This document shows, one piece after another, positions 9,707-19,035 of a stretch of 64,000 nucleotides of DNA. The stretch is from a virus: positions 1 through 64,000 of the IMG/VR virus record IMGVR_UViG_3300020214_000005, one strand, 5' to 3'. The notes under the pieces were generated by a model. That model saw nothing but the letters and a program-made list of their open reading frames with translations, ran no database searches and was not told the origin of the DNA. The position numbers and the translations under genes are program-made. Each line of letters begins with the position of its first letter. Position 1 is the first letter of the stretch.

Positions 9707-10225
9707 CTACACCAAACGCAAGTCAATCCTCTTCCAAGCCTCGTAGACGAGTTTACGGATCCTGTTCTTCGTTTTGTCCACGGGTAACTTGAATGCCTCG
9801 TCAACGATGTCCCCCCTCCTGCGCAGGCAGGCGTAGGTGACCTCGAGGATCATGTCGTCCCAGGCGTCGGTGTTCCTCGCCATCAGCCATGTCCTCGGGT
9901 CGTAGACGCCGTGCTTGGCGAAGGCATGGTCCTCGATGTCCGCCTTGGTGGCGACGATCTCCATGTGCCACCCGACGGTCCGCTCTATCGCGAACACGAG
10001 GTCCATCACTCCGCTCTCGCCACGGGCTTCCTTGATCGTCCTGACGGCGTTGACGAAGCGCTCCTCGGCGATCAGCGCGCAATGGGCGTCTATCTCGTCG
10101 AGCCTGTCCTTGAGTTGCTCGTCGTTCTCGTTCTCGGCGATCTCCCTCATTATCTCGTAGTCCTCGAAGAAATCAGGCATGTCGTCCTCCCCGAGACCAT
10201 CCGGCCAGTCCTCGTTTTCCATCAC
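9707..10225 (-). CDS. Hypothetical protein
   Basis: 172 aa, acidic N-terminus. Confidence 0.7.
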   Translation of the reverse strand: MMENEDWPDGLGEDDMPDFFEDYEIMREIAENENDEQLKDRLDEIDAHCALIAEERFVNAVRTIKEARGESGVMDLVFAIERTVGWHMEIVATKADIEDHAFAKHGVYDPRTWLMARNTDAWDDMILEVTYACLRRRGDIVDEAFKLPVDKTKNRIRKLVYEAWKRIDLRLV

Positions 10226-11250
10226 GAACCTAGCAGAACCCTCTGCACGGAGAGCTTCTTCTTCGTCGTCATCGAGCTCTCGTCCATGCTCGCTATCGCC
10301 AGCTCCTCGGTGCTCGTGTGGCGGTAGTGGTCAAGGTACTCGCAGGCGGCGTTGTAGACCGACCAGGCGTTGTGCCCGAAGCGACCCGAGTTCCTGTCCG
10401 ACACGTACACCTTCCCGATCAGGTTCCACACCGACTCCCTGAACTCCCGCTCCCTTTGCGACTCGTTCTTCTTCCTGGGTTGCACGATGTTGAGTATCCT
10501 CTCGTTGATCATCCTCGAGGTGTTGGACACGGACGCCAGGGACTCCACGGAGCGCCTCACCTCGTCCCCCCACTTCACGGATATCCCCAGGACCTCACGG
10601 GCGTCCTGGATGATGGAGTCCACGTTGCGGGTGTGCCTCGCCGTGAAGACCCTCCTCGCCTTCCGCTCCCCGAGGATTATCGTGTTGTTGCACACGGCCC
10701 TCACCTCGGTGTTGGCGTAGCGGATCGGCCAGACGCCGTCGTGGCCCGCCGAAATGACCAGGTACCGGGCGAGGGAGTCGTTGACGCCCGAGCACGCGAC
10801 GCTGAGCGACCCGAGGTCTATCGTCGCGAAGAAACGGGCGCCCCCCTTGAGGACGCCACAGGTGTCGATCACCGCCCGGCCGCGCGACGCATTGACGACG
10901 GCCAACGCCCGCTCGAGCACCTCCTTGTTCTGCCGAACCTCGTACCTCGTGCCCACGGTGGCGAGGGGATCGAAGCTCCCGTCGTTGTTCTGCCTCATGG
11001 TGGCCCTGCCGTCCGGGATGATGATCGCCGAACCGTCGGAGTTCCTGACCAGCCTGCCCGAGTCGTCAACGGCGGCGACCTTCGTCAGGACCACGTCGTA
11101 ATCGGCCTGCGAGGCGACGAGCATCTGCTCAAGGGTGCCCATGTTCCTCACGGGCGTGCCGAGACGGTGCCACGGGATCTGCCGGTCGTTGTAGGCGAAC
11201 CGGGTCCAGCCCGTCTTCGTCCTCTCCAAACCGTGAGCCATTTTGTTCAC
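10222..11250 (-). CDS. DUF932/DUF945-like phage/plasmid protein
   Basis: PWHRLG, VGTRYEVRQN, GHDG, RAVCNNT, RHT, AWSVYNA..EYLDH. Confidence 0.8.
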   Translation of the reverse strand: MNKMAHGLERTKTGWTRFAYNDRQIPWHRLGTPVRNMGTLEQMLVASQADYDVVLTKVAAVDDSGRLVRNSDGSAIIIPDGRATMRQNNDGSFDPLATVGTRYEVRQNKEVLERALAVVNASRGRAVIDTCGVLKGGARFFATIDLGSLSVACSGVNDSLARYLVISAGHDGVWPIRYANTEVRAVCNNTIILGERKARRVFTARHTRNVDSIIQDAREVLGISVKWGDEVRRSVESLASVSNTSRMINERILNIVQPRKKNESQREREFRESVWNLIGKVYVSDRNSGRFGHNAWSVYNAACEYLDHYRHTSTEELAIASMDESSMTTKKKLSVQRVLLGS

Positions 11251-11321
11251 CTCCCTGGCGCAATTATCTCACAAAAGCAAGACTAATAAATTTGCGGCTA
11301 ATCACGGGAAAGCGATAGGCA

Positions 11322-11350
11322 TTGCAAATCGCCACGGGTGACCGTATCGT
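11322..11350 (+). promoter_or_regulatory. Leaderless-type promoter
   Basis: TTGCAA-17-TATCGT, ATG 6 nt later. Confidence 0.65.
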
Positions 11351-11356
11351 TGGACC

Positions 11357-12157
11357 ATGCCGAACAACGAAGAATCAGACCTCCTCGCCGAACAGGCGAG
11401 CGCATACCGCAATGTGATGATGTCCATGAAGAAGCTCGCCGTGCTCGCGGAGAAGGGGCCGGTGGACATCCCGTCGATCCTCGTCATTCGCTTCGGAACC
11501 AGCACGGGCACCGACGCCTACAAGCTCGCGAAGTCGTACGAGGCGAAGTCGCACGAGGGGAACAGCAACATTTTCTACGAGGAGAACGGGGCCACCCCCT
11601 ACCTCCTCCACGAGGAGGACGGGGTCGCGCTCTGCGAGGCGATGATAGACCTGAACGAGTACGTGGGCAGGGGCTCGTACCCCGGCAAACACATCTACGA
11701 GGCCCTCACGCACTTCCACGAGGCCTACAAAAACGTTTCGCCCTGGACCGTCGCCCTCGTGGCCGACGGGATCGCCTGCCACGCCGCCGAGGACCCCGAG
11801 TGGCTGAAGTTCATCGAGGCCCCGGAGAATGCCGACAGGGGCTTCCACGAGCTCTTCTGCGACGAGCCCGAAGCCCAGAAATGGCTCGGCGAATGCATAA
11901 GCGTCTTCCTCATGTCGATCACGGGCGAGATGGTCTCAGCGAGCGTCAACTACTCCTACGGGGACAAAACTTTCCCCCCCGAGCCGATCTTCCAGCCGTC
12001 CACGGTGCGGCAGGAGGGCAGCGTTTTCGACAAGGACAGGGATTGGCTCCAGGGGCAGCGGGTCATCATCCAGATGGTCCTCTTCTTCGCCCACCTGGAG
12101 GCCGAGGAGGCCAAATCCTTCTCCGATCTGGGCGACCTGACCCAGGGCCGTGACTAA
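11357..12157 (+). CDS. Hypothetical protein
   Basis: 266 aa, strong coding bias. Confidence 0.8.
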   Translation: MPNNEESDLLAEQASAYRNVMMSMKKLAVLAEKGPVDIPSILVIRFGTSTGTDAYKLAKSYEAKSHEGNSNIFYEENGATPYLLHEEDGVALCEAMIDLNEYVGRGSYPGKHIYEALTHFHEAYKNVSPWTVALVADGIACHAAEDPEWLKFIEAPENADRGFHELFCDEPEAQKWLGECISVFLMSITGEMVSASVNYSYGDKTFPPEPIFQPSTVRQEGSVFDKDRDWLQGQRVIIQMVLFFAHLEAEEAKSFSDLGDLTQGRD

Positions 12158-12216
12158 TGTCACTTCAGAGAAAGTCCCTGTTAGGGGTTGCAATCCCCGT
12201 GGGTTGCCCATAGAGT
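12149..12216 (+). promoter_or_regulatory. CRP-like box plus promoter
   Basis: CGTGA-N6-TCACT (12149-12164); TTGCAA(12188)-17-TAGAGT. Confidence 0.55.
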
Positions 12217-12291
12217 CTCAGGCAAGCAAATGCAAACGACAAATAACATATAGCGAAATAGCAATCAACTACTAAAGAAAAGAGATACGAC

Positions 12292-13158
12292 ATGAAGACC
12301 AAGCCAACCGCCGAGGACATCGAAGTCAGCGTGCAGACGATCACCCCGGAGGACGCCAAGGTGCTGTTGCAGACGAACGTCAACAACCGCAACCTGAGCC
12401 GACGCCGAATCGGGATGTACGCCAACGACATCAAGCGCGGCATGTGGAAGCTCACGGGTGACAGCATCAAGCTCGCCAAGAACCCCAAGACGGGCGAGGT
12501 TCGCCTGATCGACGGGCAGCACCGCCTGCTCGCCATCATCGAGGCCAACCTCCCGGTCCAGACCGTGGTCGCCACGGGTCTCGAGGAGGACGCCTTCTCG
12601 GTGATCGACCGAGGCAAGACGAGGACCTACAACGACGTGCTCAACATGAGCAAGGTCAAGAACGCCAACACGGTCTCGTCCGTCGTCCGACCCGTCATCG
12701 TGCTCGAGGCGGGCCTGAACCCCTACGGGGCGGGCATCGACCTCGTCACGCCAGAGGACGTCGTGCGGTACGCCATGGAAAACGAGGAGATGGTCCAGTG
12801 GGCCGTGAACCGCTCGTTCAAGATGCGCGAACACCTGTCGGGATCGGGCACGGCGTGGGCGATGTTCGTGTACCTGCTCGCCAGGAAGCACGGGATCAAG
12901 TGCGCCGAGGCCTTCAGCAACAGCCTGCTCATGGGCGTCGGCTACGGGATCGGGGACGCACGGGCCGCCCTGCGCAACTGGGTGCTCCGCAACTACGGGA
13001 AGTACAAGGGCACGTCGCGCGGCGCGTACGACCAGTGCGCCATGATGATCAAGACCTACAACTACACCGTGACGAACCAGAAGGTCGCCCAGCTCCGCAT
13101 GACCGACATCGGAGGCGACAACTGGCCGGAGTTCAACGCAAAGAAGTTCTCCGAATAA
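12292..13158 (+). CDS. ParB/Srx-like N-terminal domain protein
   Basis: ITPEDAKVLL..N.NNR...YANDIKRGMW...IDGQHRLLAI. Confidence 0.75.
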   Translation: MKTKPTAEDIEVSVQTITPEDAKVLLQTNVNNRNLSRRRIGMYANDIKRGMWKLTGDSIKLAKNPKTGEVRLIDGQHRLLAIIEANLPVQTVVATGLEEDAFSVIDRGKTRTYNDVLNMSKVKNANTVSSVVRPVIVLEAGLNPYGAGIDLVTPEDVVRYAMENEEMVQWAVNRSFKMREHLSGSGTAWAMFVYLLARKHGIKCAEAFSNSLLMGVGYGIGDARAALRNWVLRNYGKYKGTSRGAYDQCAMMIKTYNYTVTNQKVAQLRMTDIGGDNWPEFNAKKFSE

Positions 13159-13170
13159 CGGCGATTCCCG

Positions 13171-13344
13171 ATGGAGCGTGCCGTGACCAGCAGGGACGCC
13201 CACGACACCGGGGAGCACGAGAGGGAGAGGAAGCTGATACGGCGGGTGCTGGAGAACCACGAGCGTGGTTTCATCCTGGACGCCGATCTCATCGCCGAAT
13301 TGCGCGAAGCGGTACGCAGGCACAGCGAGCAGGACGCGCGATGA
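13171..13344 (+). CDS. Small hypothetical protein (57 aa)
   Basis: Own translation; stop overlaps next ATG. Confidence 0.5.
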   Translation: MERAVTSRDAHDTGEHERERKLIRRVLENHERGFILDADLIAELREAVRRHSEQDAR

Positions 13345-13454
13345 AGCGCAGTACCATATACAGCAAGATGGTCCGCCACGGGCTCGCGCTGCAGTTCCTC
13401 CTCACGCTGTCCCTCCTCGTGATGCTCGTCGCCTTCGCCGTGCACTTCAACTGA
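13341..13454 (+). CDS. Small membrane peptide (37 aa)
   Basis: MKRSTIYSKMVRHGLALQFLLTLSLLVMLVAFAVHFN. Confidence 0.5.
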   Translation: MKRSTIYSKMVRHGLALQFLLTLSLLVMLVAFAVHFN

Positions 13455-13522
13455 AACGTGCCGTGACCAGCAGGGACACCCACGACATCGAGGAGTACGA
13501 GAGAGAGAGGAAGCTGACCGAC

Positions 13523-13957
13523 ATGAACGAGACCCAACAAAAGATAGAGGCCCTCAGGAGGAAGCTCCCCCGCAGCGAGCAGTACATACAGGTGGACGAG
13601 GGTTGGTACCAGCTGGTCATCGATTGCGACGCCGAACTGGCCGCGCTCAACGACAAGTACCAGCCGTTGCAAATCAAGGAGAAGTTCGGCGGCCTCCGCT
13701 ACTACTTCACCCCGTCGGCCGATACCACGGCCGAGCAGCGGGACGCGATGTACGGGGTGGTCGCCAAGTACGAGGCGATCGCAACCAAGACGTGCGAGGC
13801 GACCGGCAAGCCGGGCGTGCTCATGAAATCGATTGGCGGCTGGCTCAAGACGCTCGACCCCGAGTACGCGGAGAACACGAAGCACTACGCAAAATACTCG
13901 GTAGTCGAAATCATCCGCCACGAGACGTCACTCGGTGACCGCGAGAAGCCGGCGTAG
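13523..13957 (+). CDS. Conserved phage protein
   Basis: GWY.L...QIKEKFGGLRYY...TCE.TGKPG...GWLKTL motif. Confidence 0.75.
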   Translation: MNETQQKIEALRRKLPRSEQYIQVDEGWYQLVIDCDAELAALNDKYQPLQIKEKFGGLRYYFTPSADTTAEQRDAMYGVVAKYEAIATKTCEATGKPGVLMKSIGGWLKTLDPEYAENTKHYAKYSVVEIIRHETSLGDREKPA

Positions 13958-13961
13958 ACCG

Positions 13962-14117
13962 ATGGCCACGCGAAACGCCACGGGTGATTTCCAGCACAGG
14001 AACCGCCTCGAGCGAAAACTGGATCAATACAACCACACGATGGAGCTCGTCAGGACGATCATCCCCGTGATCGTGCTCGGTTTGCAAATTTTGATATTGA
14101 TACATCTGAGCAAGTGA
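13962..14117 (+). CDS. Small membrane protein
   Basis: C-terminal TM helix. Confidence 0.55.
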   Translation: MATRNATGDFQHRNRLERKLDQYNHTMELVRTIIPVIVLGLQILILIHLSK

Positions 14118-14181
14118 GCCGCCGACCGTTCAGGTCGGGCCACTAACCGTGCGAAGCCCGGCAATGTTCTAAAATCTACGC

Positions 14182-14598
14182 ATGGGAAAGCGTAAGCGCA
14201 AATTCACATACGCATTCAGCAAGATGCAACTCCAGATCACGATAGAGGCCTTGCTCATGGCGCGCAGCAACGGGGCGCACTGCGAGGTGCTGCTCATCGA
14301 GGAATCCGGCGTAGAGCACAAGTTCGACGGCATTTCGGACGACGGGGGGATCGACAACCTCGTGGACTCGCTCGAGGCGAGCCACACGGGCTACGAGATC
14401 AAGCTAAGCCCCACGGGCAGGCTGTACACCCGTTCCGAGGACAAGTCAATCGAGACCACGATCAACGCGCTCAATTACTCGCTCGGCCAGCTCGAGGAGG
14501 CCGAGACGGAGGAGATGGACAAACTGGCGGCCGAGGCGGCGCCGCAGGTGATCGCGGATATCTACAAGTTCCTCAGCGACGAACCAACGCACGGCTGA
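14182..14598 (+). CDS. Hypothetical protein
   Basis: 138 aa, coding bias. Confidence 0.7.
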   Translation: MGKRKRKFTYAFSKMQLQITIEALLMARSNGAHCEVLLIEESGVEHKFDGISDDGGIDNLVDSLEASHTGYEIKLSPTGRLYTRSEDKSIETTINALNYSLGQLEEAETEEMDKLAAEAAPQVIADIYKFLSDEPTHG

Positions 14599-14646
14599 GG
14601 GGTTGCGAGGGATCTTTACACCTCCGGCAGTTTCCGACAAGAAAAC

Positions 14647-14853
14647 ATGCAATTAGTGAGATGTCCTGCCCCGGGATGCGGCCTACAGACCGAAGTCCTC
14701 GGTCGGGCCTGTCTGGAATCCACCGACGGCCCCATCGAACACCTGGAAACCTGCTGTCCGCAAGGACACCAATTCTTCTTCCCGGTCTTTATGCTCGACC
14801 GTAAACCCTATTCGGGTACGATAACCGATCCAACGGAGACCGAAAATCCCTGA
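14647..14853 (+). CDS. Small Zn-ribbon-like protein
   Basis: CPAPGC...CPQGH. Confidence 0.55.
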   Translation: MQLVRCPAPGCGLQTEVLGRACLESTDGPIEHLETCCPQGHQFFFPVFMLDRKPYSGTITDPTETENP

Positions 14854-14889
14854 AACTGCCGTCGCAATTGACCAAGAGAGGAGTGGTTT

Positions 14890-15384
14890 GTGACCAAATT
14901 CCATATTGCTGGAACTGGCTCTCGCGAGTTGGTTCTAGACGAAGATAAGCGTCGTGAAGTTCGTGATTATCTTGCGAACCTCTTGACTAACGCAAAAGCC
15001 GAGCACGGTGACAATCTGGTCGTTATCAGCGGAATGGCGGAAGGCTTTGATGAAGCACTCGCGCGTGCCGCGATCATGGCCGGTGTGCCGTTCATTGCGG
15101 CGATCCCCAATACTGGCTACATTAAGTATTACTGGGGTAGGACCAGCATGCTCAAGCGTGACAGAATGGCTGAAGCAGAAGAAATTCTGTCAAAAGCAAG
15201 CGAAATCGTCCATGTCTGCGATGGCATATATGCGCCCGATGGTCGTCACGCCAACTTCCATCGCAATGAGTGGATGGTTGACCACGCAGATATCGTCTGG
15301 GTCTACAACCCGACTACTCGTGGTACTGCTCAATGCTATGCCTACTGTAAGAAGATGGGCAAGCGTACGATCATCATCGACTAA
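14890..15384 (+). CDS. SLOG-superfamily (YspA-like) protein
   Basis: IAGTGSR, VISGMAEGFD, RNEWMVDHAD, RGTAQC. Confidence 0.8.
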   Translation: MTKFHIAGTGSRELVLDEDKRREVRDYLANLLTNAKAEHGDNLVVISGMAEGFDEALARAAIMAGVPFIAAIPNTGYIKYYWGRTSMLKRDRMAEAEEILSKASEIVHVCDGIYAPDGRHANFHRNEWMVDHADIVWVYNPTTRGTAQCYAYCKKMGKRTIIID

Positions 15385-15407
15385 TTACCCGGGCCCCCCT
15401 TCCCGCG

Positions 15408-15770
15408 TCAAGCTCGGGGTGACCTGCCCGACAACTCGGCATGCCAAGGCGCCATATCCTTGATGGCTTCCAGCCTTTGCATCATTTCGGCAAGGTCTTC
15501 TTGGATCAAAGTAACCTCCCAAAACACAAACGCATCCACGGGCGCGGCATCGGGCCCGAACGCCTCGTCATAATATGCGACGAAATGATCCTTGATGGCA
15601 AGCAAGAGGTTCTTCAATTCAAGCATCTGCGCCTCGTCCAGGCGTTCTATGTTGGCGTATTTGATTTCTTTGTCCGGACTTTCATCTTCCCAGTACCATC
15701 CGTTTGTGATCTCCGGGTCGTACACGCGCTCCTGCGGGTTTTCTGGGTCGTATGCGTTCGGCTCGGTCAT
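15408..15770 (-). CDS. Hypothetical acidic protein
   Basis: ATG overlaps lysin stop. Confidence 0.6.
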   Translation of the reverse strand: MTEPNAYDPENPQERVYDPEITNGWYWEDESPDKEIKYANIERLDEAQMLELKNLLLAIKDHFVAYYDEAFGPDAAPVDAFVFWEVTLIQEDLAEMMQRLEAIKDMAPWHAELSGRSPRA

Positions 15771-16504
15771 TGCCTGAGCCTCGCCATGCATTCCGCCTTC
15801 ATGATGTTCAGATCAAGGTCGTTGGAGACCATCCCGTACCGCTTGCCGCAGTTGTCGTGCCCGGCGGCGAACTGCCAAATGTCCCAATCCTCCCAACCCG
15901 TCAGCGGCTTGGGTTGCTCGAAAGACAGCGCCCAGGCGGCCCAGTCGGCGGGCTTCATCGGCACGCCGTTCGCCTCGAACGCCTCGGGCGAGTACTGGAC
16001 GTACTTCGCCACCCACAGCGGGCAGTTGCCGTGCTTGCGCGACTGGACCCTCGAATTCCAGAACCAGTCGCCGCTGTATATCGCCGGGGGCTTCCCCAGT
16101 TCCGTGGTGGCGCGGGCGACGATGTGGTCAACCGCTTGCTTGACCAGTTTTGGGGGCAGGTCGCCGTGGTGTTCGATGTCTATCTGCGGGACGAGATTCG
16201 CCCCGTACGTGCGGTGCGCCTCGAGAAGCATGGATATCTGTTTCTCGGCGTCGAGTTCCGGTTTCACGTAGACGTAGTAGCCGAACGGTATCTCGTTGTT
16301 CTTCGCGCGCTTTGAGTTGTATTCGAGCAGGGCGTCCTGCTTCGTGCCGACGTTGCTCCTGATGTAGGCGAAATCGAATCCGAACGAGGCGACCTTCTTC
16401 CAGTTTATTGTCCCCTGGTACTCGGACACGTCTATGCCGGTGAGATATTTCTGATTCTCAGGCAACTTTTTCTTCTTTTTCTTCATAGACACTTTTTTCT
16501 CCAT
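15767..16504 (-). CDS. GH25 muramidase (probable endolysin)
   Basis: GIDVSEYQGTINW, GYYVY, IDIE, LWVAKY, WQF, DLN. Confidence 0.9.
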   Translation of the reverse strand: MEKKVSMKKKKKKLPENQKYLTGIDVSEYQGTINWKKVASFGFDFAYIRSNVGTKQDALLEYNSKRAKNNEIPFGYYVYVKPELDAEKQISMLLEAHRTYGANLVPQIDIEHHGDLPPKLVKQAVDHIVARATTELGKPPAIYSGDWFWNSRVQSRKHGNCPLWVAKYVQYSPEAFEANGVPMKPADWAAWALSFEQPKPLTGWEDWDIWQFAAGHDNCGKRYGMVSNDLDLNIMKAECMARLRQ

Positions 16505-16791
16505 CCTTCCGGCGTTCTAACGGCGTCAATTTCCCCGTTAGTTACGATATCGCTGGTGAAGCGCACCATGGCGTTCAACAGCTCGGTTTGTGTTGTCCCA
16601 GTCTCTTCCAACCAGCCGTCCATACGTCCTTCGGCGAAGTCATCCCATAGGGCTTGAATAGCGATTTTGCCGGTTGTGCCTAAGCCTAGATATTCTTCGC
16701 CAAGAACCTCATCAACTGTAAGTCCACAGTAATGGTCGGCAACCATGTCAACAATCGAGTTCTTTCTTGGTGTTGTCATAAATTTTTCCAC
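16483..16791 (-). CDS. Hypothetical protein
   Basis: 102 aa in minus-strand operon. Confidence 0.6.
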   Translation of the reverse strand: MEKFMTTPRKNSIVDMVADHYCGLTVDEVLGEEYLGLGTTGKIAIQALWDDFAEGRMDGWLEETGTTQTELLNAMVRFTSDIVTNGEIDAVRTPEGWRKKCL

Positions 16792-16921
16792 CGCCGAAAC
16801 GCATTTGCCCGACGGCCCTGATGCCCAACTGGGCGATCATGAGCATCGTAGCAAGCCCGGCCAAGATGGCGGCGATGGAGAAATACGGAATGGTGCGTCT
16901 CGGCGACTTCACGAAACCCAT
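16748..16921 (-). CDS. Small single-TM protein upstream of lysin
   Basis: Own translation MGFVKSPRRTIPYFSIAAILAGLATMLMIAQLG... Confidence 0.4.
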   Translation of the reverse strand: MGFVKSPRRTIPYFSIAAILAGLATMLMIAQLGIRAVGQMRFGGGKIYDNTKKELDC

Positions 16922-16967
16922 GCTACCCCCGGCGCACGGTCGGCAAAGATCTGCCGCATAAACGAGA

Positions 16968-17006
16968 CACCCCGATGTCCCATCTCGTTCGAGGGACTTC
17001 GGGGTG
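16968..17006 (-). terminator. Stem-loop downstream of structural gene
   Basis: CACCCCGATGTCCC...GGGACTTCGGGGTG. Confidence 0.5.
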
Positions 17007-17058
17007 CTGCGTCTGGTCGCTTCAACGCCAGGGTGGGCCGGCGTCTATGCGATTCGAA

Positions 17059-17439
17059 TTAGGCTGAGTTGCGGACTCCGTCGTAGGCGATCGCCACGGT
17101 GAGGCCTGCTCCCGCGACGGTCGAGCCGACTTGGTCCACGTCGACCGAGAGTAGGTCGCCAGCGGCGAACGTCCTCACGGAATGCTCGCCGGCGACGGCG
17201 CTGGTGGCCGACGCGTTGATCATCGGGCGGTTTGCCTGGGTGCCGAAAATCGTCGTGCCGTTCTTGTTCACGTCCGCCTGCAGGGATGCCCCCGTGGGCG
17301 CGGTCGCGACGGCTGTCGTGACTCCGGTGATCGTCCCAGCGAAAGGCATGCGGACACGCGCCTTCGTTGTTCCTGCTGTCAGGTCTCCGTCGACCTGGAG
17401 AGTTACGACTCCCCTGAACTTCCTGTATCCGAGTGCCAT
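17059..17439 (-). CDS. Beta-rich virion structural protein (decoration/minor tail-like)
   Basis: AAGGAGG RBS; APTGASLQADVNKNGTTIF...AGDLLSVDVDQVGSTVAGAGL. Confidence 0.7.
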   Translation of the reverse strand: MALGYRKFRGVVTLQVDGDLTAGTTKARVRMPFAGTITGVTTAVATAPTGASLQADVNKNGTTIFGTQANRPMINASATSAVAGEHSVRTFAAGDLLSVDVDQVGSTVAGAGLTVAIAYDGVRNSA

Positions 17440-17842
17440 GTCTGTATTGCCTCCTTGCGTGCCTCGGCACGCAGCTAGTGGTTTCCCGAGATCAAGAATA
17501 CCACCACGGGCAACTCCGCGATGAACCACGGGACTGCAAAGCGGTCGTTCCTAAAACGCCGGCGGGCGTCCCCCGCCGACGGAGTAGGGCGACCAGCCAG
17601 GTCGTCGAACGGGGAGAGAAGCAAGCGACGATGATTGAGCAACGCAGTTTTCGGGTTGGGGCGCGCAAAACGGCGTGAAAACAGGGAGTTCTTAAACAAC
17701 GCGCCTCAGGTGCGCGCCAGACATACGAAAACGAGTAGCGCAGATCGGAGGAGGCGCAGTCTCGAACTCCGGAAGCGAGGATACAAGGGCGAGGACTCGG
17801 CCGCCGAGCGGCGCGACCGATGACGGTCAGGATGATCATCAA

Positions 17843-19035
17843 CGGGACTAGCGAACAGTCGTCCCCAACACGAAGTGCCGAGCGTGAGCGCCAGCGAACC
17901 AGCGAGGTCCGCAGGCGAGCCTGCAGCGAAGCCTGCGGATTGGTGGCGACGAGACCCACGGGACTAGCGAACAGTCGTCTCCAACACGAAGTGCCGAGCG
18001 TGAGCGCTAGCGAACCAGCGAGGTCCGAGCGCCGGGCGAGGATTGGTGGCGACGGGTGACGGTCAGGAGAATCATCAACGGGACTAGCGAGCAGTCTTCG
18101 CCAGCACGAAGTGCCGAGCGTAGCGAGTAAGTGAGCCCGGTGCGAGCGTTGGCGAGACGGGACCCACTGTGCGACCGAGCCCGTCGGGGAGGTTCGTGTA
18201 CCTACGGGAGCCTAACCGAGGGAGCATTTGGAGTTATTCCGCAGGAATAAGGACAAGCGAGTACGTGGCGAGCGACAATGCGACCGATCGTGGTCGTAGC
18301 GGAAGCGGAGAAGGCGAAGCGGAGGGGACGAACCGTGGCAACTGGGATCGGGACCGGCGAGCGAGCGGAGGAGGTTTTGAGTTCACGGCGAGTGTGTCGT
18401 GTCCAACGACTGGGATGTAGCCGTGGCGAAATCGTCAGTCGTTGAGCGGTCGTCTTCCGTCCAAGGGACGCACTGCCGAGACCGGAGGTCTCCAGTGCGA
18501 GGCGTGTCCTGCGCCGAACCCTTGGCTGGAAGCCGCCGAACGAAACCGAAGAGGCTTCCCGATGCCGAGGCACTCGGCGATGTGGATGCCGCGGAGAACG
18601 AGTCCGCAGGATGAACGAGAACGACGGAGCGAGCGAGCCAGTCGAGCGAGCCAGTGCGGACTGGAACGAGTGCGGAGTGAGCGGAGGATTCATTCCGGAG
18701 CATCTCGGACGGAGCACGAGTCCGTGGGGCACGGGCGAGCAAGATCAGGGTTCGTACGACCCGGTGGGTCGTCCGCCGACACCCGGAGCGAAGCGAACGG
18801 GGCTTCTGAGCGGTCGTGAGTGCGTCGGTCGCCGAGCGCAACCGAGAGACGCCTGTGGCGTCTCAAGGCGCTCGGGGAAAGAGCGAAGCGACTGACGAGC
18901 CCGACTCAGGCGCACTGCGACCCTGGCAGTCGTCCCCAACACGAAGTGCCGAGCATGAGCGCCAGCGAACCAGCGAGGTCCGCAGGCGGAGCAGGCGAAG
19001 CCTGCAGCGAAGCCTGCGGATTGGTGGCGACGGTC
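17843..19035 (+). repeat. Repeat family A (CAGTCGTCCCCAACACGAAGTGCCGAGC...GGATTGGTGGCGACG)
   Basis: Copies near 17845, 17960, 18080 (partial), 18927. Confidence 0.85.
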
